A DNA stretch of 64,000 nt, taken from positions 1 through 64,000 of the IMG/VR virus record IMGVR_UViG_3300049846_000628; one strand, 5' to 3'. The stretch's first letter is position 1. Each line of letters opens with the position of its first letter. The translations under genes were made by a program, and so were the position numbers. This document shows positions 17,465-27,455 of this stretch, piece by piece. Below the pieces are notes generated by a model. It made no database searches. It saw only the letters and a program-made list of their open reading frames with translations, and was not told where the DNA came from.

Positions 17465-18282
17465 AGTTCTTGCAAGTAAGTTTTGTAAATGTAATCTTCG
17501 TTGATTAGAAAATCTTTGACTCTCTCTAAATTTTCTTTTACTGCATCCAGTTTATCATAATAAAGGTCTGGAGTCAATTGAGAGACATCAAAATCATCAG
17601 TAAGCGTAATAATTCCTTTGGGATTAAAAAACTTTCCAATATCAGGAGACCCATAATAAATTGGTATGGTTCCTGTAGAGAAACAATCTTGAATCTTTTC
17701 AGTAAAGTAAGATTCGTAGGAAGCGTTTTCAATAGCAACTGAAAACATATAATCTGCTAGACCTTCTTCCTTGGATTGAATCTCATTAAATCCTCTTCCA
17801 TAAAAATCAACTTTACCCTGAAGTCTTTGAGCCCAGGATAAGCGATATTGATGACCCTCACACATTACCTTATTAGAGCAAATCATAGAGACTAACTTAG
17901 TCTTATCATAAAGTTTTGGGTCAGTAATCCAACTCCCATATAAAGGAGCAAACTTAAATTTAGGATGTAGTTTAAGTAGGTCCTGATGATGAGTAAAAAT
18001 TGCATCATAAACACGGATATAGTGAAGATAATTTCTCTTCACATCCTCAATAACGTCTGGGCAAATATTTGCAGACTCTAGTAACCAAGCATACTTCTTT
18101 TTACTGTAATCATCATCAAAGGCAAGACCAATGTAGCGATCTACATAAAACGTTTCTTCTGCACCAGAGTCAACCCACTCTATAAACTTTGATTCCTGTT
18201 TGTGAATGGAAGATGCTTTGTTTCCATTATCGTAGTTGTTGAACCCACCACCGACTAAATTATATTGTTTTTTCTCAGTCAT
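17461..18282 (-). CDS. GT10-like fucosyltransferase
   Basis: YMFSVAIEN...YFTEKIQDCF..GTIPIYYG. Confidence 0.8.
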   Translation of the reverse strand: MTEKKQYNLVGGGFNNYDNGNKASSIHKQESKFIEWVDSGAEETFYVDRYIGLAFDDDYSKKKYAWLLESANICPDVIEDVKRNYLHYIRVYDAIFTHHQDLLKLHPKFKFAPLYGSWITDPKLYDKTKLVSMICSNKVMCEGHQYRLSWAQRLQGKVDFYGRGFNEIQSKEEGLADYMFSVAIENASYESYFTEKIQDCFSTGTIPIYYGSPDIGKFFNPKGIITLTDDFDVSQLTPDLYYDKLDAVKENLERVKDFLINEDYIYKTYLQEL

Positions 18283-18307
18283 ATATAATATAAAGAATGA
18301 TTTGAAT

Positions 18308-18988
18308 ATGAAAGTAATATCTTTTTCTTTATGGGGAGATAATCCCAAGTATACAATCGGAGCAATTAGAAACTCCGAACTTAAAGAAAAATTTTATCCC
18401 GATTGGGAAATGAGAGTCTATCATAATGACTCTGTACCTAATTATGTATTAGAGCAACTAGAGAGCAATGGTGTTGTTTTAGTCAACACTGGAGTAGATC
18501 AGGGAGTATGCAACGCTATGTGGCGTTTTGCTCCTGCATCAGAAAAAGTAGAGTGTTTTATTTCCAGAGATTGTGATTCACGTTTGTTTGAGCGTGATGT
18601 TGCAGCAGTTGAAGAATGGTTAGAATCTGGAAAATGTTTTCACATTATCAGAGACCATCCTGGAGGTCACGCTTGGGAAATTAGTGCTGGTATGTGGGGT
18701 GCTAGAGGATGTTTTGTTGAGGATATTCAAGAAAAAATAGACCAATATATTCAAACAAGTTCTTGGGTAAATGACCGCGCAGTAGACCAAAGATTTTTAC
18801 AGGAAATTATTTACCCAAGAGCTTTAGATAGTCTATTTCTTCACGATGAATATTTTAATTATGAGGGTATAGGTGTTCCAATTAAGAGAGATCGTAAGTT
18901 AGATGACTTTGCTTTTATTGGAGAACCCTTTGACGAAAATGATAATCAGTTATCTAATCACCGCGATATGATTATTCAAAGATACTGA
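18308..18988 (+). CDS. Glycosyltransferase-like hypothetical protein (opposite strand)
   Basis: MKVISFSLWG..KY, MWRF, FISRDCDSR, HIIRDHP, AGMWG. Confidence 0.75.
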   Translation: MKVISFSLWGDNPKYTIGAIRNSELKEKFYPDWEMRVYHNDSVPNYVLEQLESNGVVLVNTGVDQGVCNAMWRFAPASEKVECFISRDCDSRLFERDVAAVEEWLESGKCFHIIRDHPGGHAWEISAGMWGARGCFVEDIQEKIDQYIQTSSWVNDRAVDQRFLQEIIYPRALDSLFLHDEYFNYEGIGVPIKRDRKLDDFAFIGEPFDENDNQLSNHRDMIIQRY

Positions 18989-19683
18989 AGAGCATCTGGA
19001 AGAATTTTCTGCCGATACAAATCCATATTACGTTGATAAACTTCGTGATCCTTTGGATGAGATGTCGCTACTTTACCAGCTGGAAGAGAACACACTTTAA
19101 CGTGATGTAAGTCTTTTACCTTATAACCAAACTGATAGGCACGATAAGACATATCACCATCAGCACAATAGTATTCATATTCGGGGTTATACATTCCTAT
19201 TTCCCTGAATATTTTTTTACGATACAGACCATAATTCATTACAATTTCCCCACCACTGGCGGCAATGTTACACAAACACCACCCTTCAGTATGATCTCTA
19301 CCTTTCAACCACTCTGGATTTTTTGCATCTTCAAGAGATCCATACTTCCAATTAAAAAGATAGAAGTCGTGATTTGATTGAAGTTCTAGAAATACTTCAT
19401 TCCATTCATTACACAAAACCACATCATCATTCCACTGAGCAATGATTTCGTGAGTTGCATTTTGAATACCCAGATTCATAAAATGGGGATAAGAACTCCT
19501 ACCACCAACCTCAATCAATTTAATTTGTGGATGATTAAGTTGTTTAATATAATCTATAGTCCCATCAGTACTTCCACCATCAACTAAAACAAGCTCTAGT
19601 CTATCATCGGAAAGAACAGTATTAGCAATTAAGTTGGGGAGCATTCCCACACGATTTAATGTTCCAGTTACGATACTAATCAT
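18976..19683 (-). CDS. GT2 glycosyltransferase
   Basis: LVDGGSTDGT, WNDD, YCADGD. Confidence 0.85.
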   Translation of the reverse strand: MISIVTGTLNRVGMLPNLIANTVLSDDRLELVLVDGGSTDGTIDYIKQLNHPQIKLIEVGGRSSYPHFMNLGIQNATHEIIAQWNDDVVLCNEWNEVFLELQSNHDFYLFNWKYGSLEDAKNPEWLKGRDHTEGWCLCNIAASGGEIVMNYGLYRKKIFREIGMYNPEYEYYCADGDMSYRAYQFGYKVKDLHHVKVCSLPAGKVATSHPKDHEVYQRNMDLYRQKILPDALQYL

Positions 19684-20453
19684 TTGTTTAAGTAATCTAC
19701 AAATTGAAAATTATTTACGCCCATTATCAATGTTAATAAACTAACATTTGAAAAACTATACAAGAAGTGATTACATTTTGAAAGTAGGTAAACACTAGAC
19801 AATACTTCTTCATTTACCTGAGAGCGATTTGAGCAATTATGATGTATAGATTGCGATCCACTGCTAATTTGAAGAGAATGGTCATAAACTATTCTACTTC
19901 CATATCTATCCAACAAACAATCAAGATAATATTTGTCGTCTGTCGCTAAAAATATTTTTTCTTTACCTGTATTATCAATTAAATCAAATATTGTTTCAAT
20001 TTTTATTTCAGGTAGTTCTTCTTTTTTATCAGTACCTCTTACTTGTACTCCTAAAGTATCTTTATCAATTCCCAAATTTATTCTTTTTGCTTCAAACTTT
20101 TCCAGATATTCATCTTTAATCTTAAGAATATTACTATAGACTTTATTTTTTATTTTTATATTATCGATGTTTGCCGGAGTATGAGCATTATATTGACCTT
20201 GATAAATTTGATTTGAAAAATATCTTTCTAACCACCAAGACCCAACATTATAAGTCTTATTAGTTTTTGGCGAAATATTATCAAATAAACTTAGCGTTTG
20301 ATCCTCAACTACTTCAATATTAAAATTATCATTTATAACATAATGCTCTAGAGCCATATCAATAATTCCACATACAATAGAACAAAATCCTTTATAAGGA
20401 TAATTGAACCTTGGATCAGTATATGATATATGTCCAGTCTCAGTCAATTCCAA
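19680..20453 (-). CDS. NodZ/GT23-like fucosyltransferase
   Basis: GVQVRGTDK, IFLATDD, LLSKC..FSNVS. Confidence 0.65.
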   Translation of the reverse strand: MELTETGHISYTDPRFNYPYKGFCSIVCGIIDMALEHYVINDNFNIEVVEDQTLSLFDNISPKTNKTYNVGSWWLERYFSNQIYQGQYNAHTPANIDNIKIKNKVYSNILKIKDEYLEKFEAKRINLGIDKDTLGVQVRGTDKKEELPEIKIETIFDLIDNTGKEKIFLATDDKYYLDCLLDRYGSRIVYDHSLQISSGSQSIHHNCSNRSQVNEEVLSSVYLLSKCNHFLYSFSNVSLLTLIMGVNNFQFVDYLNK

Positions 20454-21132
20454 TTACCTCATTGAGACCTTTTGAGTGAATTGACTCTGGATAATTTCTA
20501 ACATAATTATGCCTATAAATTTTTGGTTTACTCATTTTATAAGAATTAACCATATCCAAAAATCCAGTTTGCATCATATGAATCTCTTCGGCATTTTCAA
20601 GTAGTTTAATATAATCAAACATCTTAAATTGATAGTCATTACGAATTACTTTATATTCACTTGTAATCTTACTCATATCAATAGTATATCCTCTTTTGGG
20701 ATCATCTAAAACAAAGATATACTTTTCACCATCAGGATTTAGAGTTTTGCAAACTTCATCTTCCTTTTCAAGATCTCTCTCAAAATAGAACTCATTAAAT
20801 CTAATTTGAAAATCAAGACCGGCAAGATAATAAAATGCTTCATCAAAAGTCATTCTATCCAGACAACTATCCAAATTCTCAAATCCAGGTTTGATTAGGT
20901 TAGTTTTAACAGTACTATTATTGTCAACAAATCTTATAGCATCTTCTTCAACATCAAAATTGAAAATTTCCAAATTACTTAAATCACGATACATATAACT
21001 CACATTATCATAATAATGTGTATAGCAAAAAATTACTATGTTATCGTATTTCTTACAAAAATGGCGGACCATACCATTACAAATGATATGATCACCTAGA
21101 CCCAAGTGATGATGAATATACTTGAGAGACAT
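20440..21132 (-). CDS. Putative glycosyltransferase (GT9-like N-terminus)
   Basis: HHHLGLGDHII motif. Confidence 0.5.
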   Translation of the reverse strand: MSLKYIHHHLGLGDHIICNGMVRHFCKKYDNIVIFCYTHYYDNVSYMYRDLSNLEIFNFDVEEDAIRFVDNNSTVKTNLIKPGFENLDSCLDRMTFDEAFYYLAGLDFQIRFNEFYFERDLEKEDEVCKTLNPDGEKYIFVLDDPKRGYTIDMSKITSEYKVIRNDYQFKMFDYIKLLENAEEIHMMQTGFLDMVNSYKMSKPKIYRHNYVRNYPESIHSKGLNEVIGID

Positions 21133-21133
21133 C

Positions 21134-21478
21134 TCACTCAACTCCCTTATAGAGTTTTACCGAATCCTCACGAAGAGTTCTTCCAGTAGCAATAGCATTA
21201 TCCACAAGAAGATTTACAGCCTGTACAAGACGTGGACGTTTTACTTTGAAGCAGATATCAATCTTGCGTTTCAATTCAGCAATTTCTGCATCAGTCTTTG
21301 CTTCTTGAATTGCATCTTCCAACATCCACATACGAGTATGAAGAATAGAAAGTTTCTCAATCACCTCACCAAGATTATCCGTCTCAATGTATTCAACATC
21401 TGGAATTTCTCTACGTGAAAGAACTTCATCAATAGTTTCTTCAATACACTGGTCAATTAAATCACCAAACTTACTCAT
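21134..21478 (-). CDS. Hypothetical helical protein (DUF4254-like)
   Basis: IEKLSILHTRMW...KIDICF..RPRLVQAVN; family from recollection. Confidence 0.5.
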   Translation of the reverse strand: MSKFGDLIDQCIEETIDEVLSRREIPDVEYIETDNLGEVIEKLSILHTRMWMLEDAIQEAKTDAEIAELKRKIDICFKVKRPRLVQAVNLLVDNAIATGRTLREDSVKLYKGVE

Positions 21479-22647
21479 AACTCTCCTAAAATAGTTTCCA
21501 ACAATTTTATATCTCTATCGGAAACAAACTGATTGTTTCCAATGTAGACTCCATTTTCATGGATAATATCCACATTCAGGTTTTCTGTTTTTCCTACAAT
21601 TGAATAGTCTTTTAAGTAAGGTTGTCTCAAAAGATTTCCACCAACAACAGGTCTATATTCAATTTTATATTTGTTTAATAGTGAAATAAGTTTGAACTTA
21701 ATTTTCTTTGTTTTACAAATAAAGGGGAAACAGAAACAACTGTTACCTTCATTATACACTATCGGGTAAAAATTGTCTTTATTTTTTTGGGAAGACATAA
21801 TTTCTACAAATCTAGAATACGCCCTGTCCCTATTATCAATAAACTTATCTAATCTATTAAGTTGGGATAGACCCAATACTGCACCAAATTCAGTATTTCT
21901 AAAATTATACCCATCACTTACAAACAGAAATGACTTTTCTATTTCTGGATTTTGATTCTGATAATATTTAAATTGATCTGAAACTCTTGCAAGTCCATGA
22001 GATCTTTTCATTTTCATCAGATCATACAATTCCCAACTATTAGTTGAAATCATACCACCCTCTACAGTGGACATATGGTGTCCAAAGTAAAAACTGAATG
22101 TAGCACCAAGACTATTTTTACCTATCTTATTTCCACTCTTATCAAGACATCCATGAGACTCACAAACATCATCAATAAACAAAGCATTTGGTAAAATCTG
22201 TTGGTATTTTTCAATCTCAGCAGGTATACCTAAAAGGTGAGTAACAAATACTAGTTTAATATCTGGATGTATCTGAGAAATAGTTTTAAGATTGTCCAAA
22301 TCAAAACTATAATTCTCAAGATTTACATCACAAAAAATAGGAGTGAGTCCTAGTTGAATAATTGGGTTAATATTAGTAACCCAAGTGCAAGAAGGAAGCA
22401 CTACCTTATCACCTTTTTTTAATCCATATTTTTCAATTATGGAAGAAACTAATAAAAAGTTTGCAGTGCTTCCAGAAGTTACAAATAAAGAATACTTACA
22501 TCCCAACCATTTTGACCACTCCTTTTCAAATCGCTCAACATTTTTACCCTGAGTAAATTTATCAGAAGTTAAAACAAACTTAGCAAGTTGAAATCTATCC
22601 CATAAAGAGATAGAATTTTTCATTAGTGGCCACCTATAGTCGGACAT
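21475..22647 (-). CDS. colD: PLP-dependent GDP-4-keto-6-deoxymannose 3-dehydratase (ColD-like; DegT fold)
   Basis: SFYFGHHMSTVEGG with His in place of the aminotransferase Lys; no E1-type Cys cluster. Confidence 0.75.
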   Translation of the reverse strand: MSDYRWPLMKNSISLWDRFQLAKFVLTSDKFTQGKNVERFEKEWSKWLGCKYSLFVTSGSTANFLLVSSIIEKYGLKKGDKVVLPSCTWVTNINPIIQLGLTPIFCDVNLENYSFDLDNLKTISQIHPDIKLVFVTHLLGIPAEIEKYQQILPNALFIDDVCESHGCLDKSGNKIGKNSLGATFSFYFGHHMSTVEGGMISTNSWELYDLMKMKRSHGLARVSDQFKYYQNQNPEIEKSFLFVSDGYNFRNTEFGAVLGLSQLNRLDKFIDNRDRAYSRFVEIMSSQKNKDNFYPIVYNEGNSCFCFPFICKTKKIKFKLISLLNKYKIEYRPVVGGNLLRQPYLKDYSIVGKTENLNVDIIHENGVYIGNNQFVSDRDIKLLETILGEL

Positions 22648-23578
22648 AATTACTCCTATTTTTCAGAAACCAATCAATAGTAATTTTTAAACCATCTTCA
22701 AGAGGTGTTTTTGATTTCCAACCAAGGGAACTCATTTTTGAAGTATCAAGTGCTCTACGGGGAGTTCCATTTGGTTTAGTTGTATCCCAAATTAATTCAC
22801 CATTATATCCAACAAGTGTTGCAACTATTTCAGAAAGTTCTTTGATACTTACTTCTCTCTCAGGACCAATATTAATGATTTCTGGATCTTCATAATTATT
22901 CATTAGAAAAACAAGTCCATCTGCAAGATCATCAGAAAAAAGAAATTCTCTAGTAGGACTTCCATCACCAAAACAAACAACACTTTCAGTATTAGAATCT
23001 TTTGCACTCACAAACTTATTAATAAAGCTTGGAATTACATGACATTGCTCAAGAATGAAATTATCATTAATACCATAAAGATTATTAGGCATTACAGACA
23101 CTGTTGGAAATCCATACTGTTCTGTATACTTTTTACACATCATATATCCAGCAATTTTTGCTAGAGAATATGAAATGTTAGTTTCTTCAAGAGGTCCAGT
23201 CATCAAGTATTCTTCTTTGATAGGAACTGGAGCGTGTTTTGGATAAATGCAAGCAGATCCTAAAAAGAGTAACTTTTTACACCCATTGCGATAGGCTGCA
23301 TCAATTACATTAGTTTGAATCTGTAAATTTTCACGAATAAAATCTGCAGGGATTGCCTTATTATATCCAATACCACCTACTTTTGCTGCTCCCAGGAAAA
23401 CATATTCAGGTCTCTCTTCAGCAAAAAAATCATCTACATCTTTCTGAATCCGCAAATCTAGTTGTGCCCTAGAGCGAGTTAACAGATTTGTATATCCATT
23501 AGATGATAAGTATCTAGAGATTGCAGATCCGACAAGACCACGATGTCCTGCAATAAAAATTTTAGAATTACTGTCCAT
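22634..23578 (-). CDS. fcl: GDP-L-fucose synthase/ColC-like epimerase-reductase
   Basis: [36 protein letters not shown]. Confidence 0.92.
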   Translation of the reverse strand: MDSNSKIFIAGHRGLVGSAISRYLSSNGYTNLLTRSRAQLDLRIQKDVDDFFAEERPEYVFLGAAKVGGIGYNKAIPADFIRENLQIQTNVIDAAYRNGCKKLLFLGSACIYPKHAPVPIKEEYLMTGPLEETNISYSLAKIAGYMMCKKYTEQYGFPTVSVMPNNLYGINDNFILEQCHVIPSFINKFVSAKDSNTESVVCFGDGSPTREFLFSDDLADGLVFLMNNYEDPEIINIGPEREVSIKELSEIVATLVGYNGELIWDTTKPNGTPRRALDTSKMSSLGWKSKTPLEDGLKITIDWFLKNRSNYVRL

Positions 23579-24569
23579 AAATGCACATATCCTCAACTAA
23601 TTGTTTAAAGGAAGTCTTTGGTGTCCAACCAAGTTTCTCCTTTGCCTTTGTGGCATCACCTAATAAAGTCTCTACTTCAGCAGGTCGGAAATATTTAGGG
23701 TTGACTCTGACGATGGTTCTACCCGTATTTTTATCAATACCAACCTCATCCAATCCTTCACCTTCCCAGACAATACTCATACCAAAGTAAGGTGCTGCCT
23801 CTTCAACAAACTCACGCACCGAATACTGCTCTCCAGTTGCAATTACAAAATCATCTGGAGTTTCTTGCTGCAACATCAACCACATCGCTTCCACAAAGTC
23901 TTTAGCGTGTCCCCAGTCTCGTTTTGCATTCAGATTTCCCAACTCAAGAATCTGTTGCTCTCCTGTAGAAATTCTTGAAAGAGCACGAGTAATCTTGCGA
24001 GTAACAAATGTCTCACCACGACGGGGAGATTCGTGATTGAAAAGAATACCTGTGCAAGCATACATTCCATACGATTCACGATAGTTCTTAGTGATCCAGT
24101 ATCCGTAAATCTTAGCTACACCATAAGGAGAACGGGGATAAAAAGGAGTAGTTTCGCGTTGAGGAACTTCTTGTACAAGACCGTAAAGTTCGCTTGTAGA
24201 TGCTTGGTAGATGCGTACACGATCTTCCATGCCCAGGAGACGCACTGCTTCAAGAACACGGAGAGTTCCCATACCATCGACATCAGCAGTGTATTCAGGC
24301 ATCTCAAAGGATACTTTGACGTGACTCTGAGCACCAAGATTATAAATTTCATCTGGCTGAACTAATTGAATAACTCTAACTATATTAGTCGAGTCTGTTA
24401 AGTCACCGTAATGTAATTTAATATTTTGATACAAATGATCAATACGTCCTGTATTAATTGATGAAGAACGACGAATAATACCGTGAACTTCATATCCTTT
24501 TTCCAAAAGAAACTCGGCAAGATAAGATCCATCCTGCCCAGTAATACCAGTGATTAATGCTTTTTTCAT
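23568..24569 (-). CDS. gmd: GDP-mannose 4,6-dehydratase
   Basis: [30 protein letters not shown]. Confidence 0.97.
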   Translation of the reverse strand: MKKALITGITGQDGSYLAEFLLEKGYEVHGIIRRSSSINTGRIDHLYQNIKLHYGDLTDSTNIVRVIQLVQPDEIYNLGAQSHVKVSFEMPEYTADVDGMGTLRVLEAVRLLGMEDRVRIYQASTSELYGLVQEVPQRETTPFYPRSPYGVAKIYGYWITKNYRESYGMYACTGILFNHESPRRGETFVTRKITRALSRISTGEQQILELGNLNAKRDWGHAKDFVEAMWLMLQQETPDDFVIATGEQYSVREFVEEAAPYFGMSIVWEGEGLDEVGIDKNTGRTIVRVNPKYFRPAEVETLLGDATKAKEKLGWTPKTSFKQLVEDMCIYGQ

Positions 24570-24572
24570 AAG

Positions 24573-24914
24573 TTAGATCCTTCCGTATGTGTCTTCAATC
24601 CTAACAATGTCTTCTTCATTGCAGATTTTTCCAAGTTGGACTTCTACAATCATTATACCATCATTTCCGCCAGTAATGCGATGTTTAGACAAAACTGGAA
24701 CAAAAATATAATCTCCAACTTTTAGTTTTTTAATGTCTTCGTTTAATTCTAATGTTCCGTCACCAGATACTACAACCCAATGCTCATCTCTTTGATTATG
24801 ATACTGCAAAGATATCTTTTGATTTGATTGCACATAGAGTCTCTTTACTTTATATCCAGTATCCTCTTTAAGGTTTTCATACCAACCCCAAGGTCTATCA
24901 AATCTTTCAGTCAT
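24573..24914 (-). CDS. Mannose-6-phosphate isomerase, type II cupin domain
   Basis: RPWGWY, ISLQYHNQRDEHWVVVSG, EVQLG..EEDIVR..D.YGR. Confidence 0.9.
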   Translation of the reverse strand: MTERFDRPWGWYENLKEDTGYKVKRLYVQSNQKISLQYHNQRDEHWVVVSGDGTLELNEDIKKLKVGDYIFVPVLSKHRITGGNDGIMIVEVQLGKICNEEDIVRIEDTYGRI

Positions 24915-25735
24915 ACCTCACAATTTGTAAAGTCTATTTGACCATTTCTAGTTGCCCAGATTGGATACTCTCTACCGTAGGTATTCCAAATTTGTGCTTG
25001 TTCTTGTCCAACAGGTACACCAGATATTCCTGCAGCATTCCAGACTGTTTCGTAAGTATCATCCTCGTGAAATGTAAAATCGTGAGTTTCTGCTTTTTTC
25101 TTCAAAAGTAAAGACCAGATAGATTGATCGTGCCTATTTTCTCTGAAGATATCATCATTTGGAAGAGTTGAAGGACTATCATCAAGATACTTTCCACCAT
25201 CTTCTACACATGCATCAATCCATTTTTGAACTAATTCACGAATCATAGATGTATTCTTCAGAAAGAAGATACCAGAGATAACCTGACGGGTCATTAGATA
25301 TTCATCACTATCACCAACAATATGACGATAAGTATCCATTTTAGTCCATTGAATTTCAGGAAGATCTAAAGTAAAGAAAACTCCCTCAGTTTCAAGACAC
25401 TCTTCATAATATTGTTTCAGTTTCTCTAGACCATTTTTATTCAACTCACAACCAGAATCCACATAAAGAAGGACATCATTCTCAGGAATATTTTCCAAAG
25501 CTTTGAGAATAAAGTAGGGTTTACAAGCATAGTATCCATAATATCTTCTGGACATTCCTACGCGAGGATTCATCATTGGTTTCGCATATTGTTCCCAGAA
25601 TAGATTATCCTCTAAATCAGATTCTCCAAACTCTTGAATAGATTCAAAGACTCCAAAATTTTCTGCTTGCTTTTTGATTCTATTCTTACCTATGAAGAAA
25701 TTACTGTCTCCAAAATAGGTCAAATGTAAATTCAT
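24911..25735 (-). CDS. Hypothetical glycosylation-related protein
   Basis: LLYVDSG DxD-like motif, ENRHDQSIWSLL. Confidence 0.55.
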   Translation of the reverse strand: MNLHLTYFGDSNFFIGKNRIKKQAENFGVFESIQEFGESDLEDNLFWEQYAKPMMNPRVGMSRRYYGYYACKPYFILKALENIPENDVLLYVDSGCELNKNGLEKLKQYYEECLETEGVFFTLDLPEIQWTKMDTYRHIVGDSDEYLMTRQVISGIFFLKNTSMIRELVQKWIDACVEDGGKYLDDSPSTLPNDDIFRENRHDQSIWSLLLKKKAETHDFTFHEDDTYETVWNAAGISGVPVGQEQAQIWNTYGREYPIWATRNGQIDFTNCEV

Positions 25736-25802
25736 AAGGTATGATTTGATATCTAGTTATTATACTAAAAAAGGTGGGTTTATGCAACCCACCTTTATGT
25801 GC

Positions 25803-26209
25803 TCAGGCTCGCCACCAATTCTTTTACTGGAAATTGGAAACCAGGCGGGGTAACCCCATCCGCACCACCAATCCTTTAAAGAGAGATTGGAAACTCAATG
25901 GGTCATTGACTCCACCACCTAGTTTACAAACAAACTAGGAAAGGATAGTTGGATTAATTTTGGAACTTCAATAGCACCATAAAAGGCACACAATACAAGA
26001 ATATCCCAAAACTTATACTTGATAGCAAAAGGAATGACGAAAACATTCCCAATACACTTTACAAGCAATCCAGTTTTTGGATCTCCCCATAGAAGGACAA
26101 AGTATCCTGAGAGGAGAAGAATGTTACCGATGTAACGCATTACATCGGTGTTTTTCATTAAGGGGGATTTCATCACCGACCAGGGCTTAGTTTTAAGTCA
26201 TAACCGAGA
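25803..26209 (-). ncRNA. Multi-hairpin structured RNA (manA-motif-like), interrupted by an ORF
   Basis: GACTTAAAACT..CCCTGGTCGG 5' part; three TTTCC-stem-GGTGG units; ends TGGCGAGCCTG before a terminator-like hairpin. Confidence 0.55.
25919..26176 (-). CDS. Small membrane protein (85 aa)
   Basis: Hydrophobic ORF; start and stop lie in the RNA structure elements. Confidence 0.6.
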   Translation of the reverse strand: MMKSPLMKNTDVMRYIGNILLLSGYFVLLWGDPKTGLLVKCIGNVFVIPFAIKYKFWDILVLCAFYGAIEVPKLIQLSFPSLFVN

Positions 26210-26446
26210 CTATTCATCATCTTTCACATAACAAGGAACTCTATCTGGATCTAACCATTTCGCATATTCAATATCTTCCATTGCAGTAGAACATTGTAAA
26301 ACATTATCAAAAAGATAAATGTCATTCCAGCGTTTGGTATAATAATTTTGCTTTTGCAAGCGATAATCAGGTTTACCGTTGATTTCTAGGATACCTGCTT
26401 CAACAAAGCGGTATCCTTCACGTTCCAGAAGAACTTTAGTTTTCAC
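26210..26446 (-). CDS. Conserved cyanophage hypothetical protein
   Basis: ORF track. Confidence 0.7.
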   Translation of the reverse strand: MKTKVLLEREGYRFVEAGILEINGKPDYRLQKQNYYTKRWNDIYLFDNVLQCSTAMEDIEYAKWLDPDRVPCYVKDDE

Positions 26447-26655
26447 GCTTCAACTGCCTCAAGATCTTGAGCGACATACTCCATAAGCATTTCGTAGTCA
26501 TCAAGGGGGTCACCAGAAAATACCACTCCTTCATTTTCGTAGAAGCGACGCACCTTTTTATAAAGTTTCGGACTCTTTACATCAAGATAGATTTCCCCGT
26601 TAGCAGCAAGACGAAGAGTGCTAACATCTTTTTTGAACTTTTGAATCAGAGACAT
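26443..26655 (-). CDS. Conserved cyanophage hypothetical protein
   Basis: Probable start MSLIQKFKKD at 26655. Confidence 0.7.
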   Translation of the reverse strand: MSLIQKFKKDVSTLRLAANGEIYLDVKSPKLYKKVRRFYENEGVVFSGDPLDDYEMLMEYVAQDLEAVEA

Positions 26656-26731
26656 TGTTTTGTTTTGTTGCCTTAGTATTATAAGGGTTGTTGAGTGTTT
26701 AGTCAAGTGTGCCAGTTGAGAAACTGGCAAG

Positions 26732-26807
26732 TCCGGATACTTGGATTTGAACCAAGATTTTTCCACTTCCCAAAAGTGGTGCCATGACCAAGTTAGGCGA
26801 TATCCGG
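26732..26807 (-). tRNA. tRNA-Pro(TGG)
   Basis: Cloverleaf; CCACT-TTTGGGA-AGTGG anticodon arm; GGTTCAAATCC T arm. Confidence 0.9.
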
Positions 26808-27296
26808 GAGTATTAGTTGGTTAGCGTGGACTGCTGAATGACAACAAGCACATAATAGCACACATCCTTTTATTTCGTCAAGTATTCTACTTTGATTCCA
26901 ACAGCGTATATTAGCAAATTTTGGATCTTTTTTTGAAGGGTCTAAATGATGGACATGTAGTGCTGATGAATATTTATCATATCCACAAGAAATACATTTT
27001 CCACCCATAGATTCAATAATAAAATCCCGTTTTTTCTTACCCAATTCAAGAGTATATGTATTATGACATTTACCACATACTCGTTTTTTGTGCCCATAAA
27101 ACTTTTCTGGATTTGTTTCTCCACACATTCCACACTTGTGTGTGGTTTTTGAATTGTTTATAGAAGTATATTTTGATTTTAGATTATATTTTTTACACCA
27201 ATGTCTAATAGATGAAAGAGATTTATTTTCTTGTTTGGAAATATCATTCATGGACATTCCACTTTCAAGCATTTTTTCCAACAATTGTTTATCCAT
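26793..27296 (-). CDS. HNH endonuclease with N-terminal HTH
   Basis: CISCGY...LHVHHLDP...CVLLCACCHSAVH. Confidence 0.88.
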   Translation of the reverse strand: MDKQLLEKMLESGMSMNDISKQENKSLSSIRHWCKKYNLKSKYTSINNSKTTHKCGMCGETNPEKFYGHKKRVCGKCHNTYTLELGKKKRDFIIESMGGKCISCGYDKYSSALHVHHLDPSKKDPKFANIRCWNQSRILDEIKGCVLLCACCHSAVHANQLILPDIA

Positions 27297-27455
27297 AATA
27301 GTTTAGATTAGGTATACTATTATTTATACCAACCTACACTAGTTATTTATTTCGGTGTATAAGCATTATACCCATAATCGGGGCAATCGTCAAGCCTGCT
27401 CCACAAAGTCCCAACCAGATCGGACTTGCTGCAAGTGTCTCTACAATATGGAAAA

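Noticed and set aside
21475-22647. Perosamine synthase annotation
   Set aside because: The Schiff-base Lys is replaced by His
25812-25942. Three repeats with variable interiors resembling a mini-CRISPR
   Set aside because: The variable parts are self-complementary hairpins inside the repeat, the units are degenerate, and no cas genes are present
27345-27356. CCGAAAT after the promoter as an orphan tRNA-Pro 5' end
   Set aside because: Too short and mismatched to distinguish from chance
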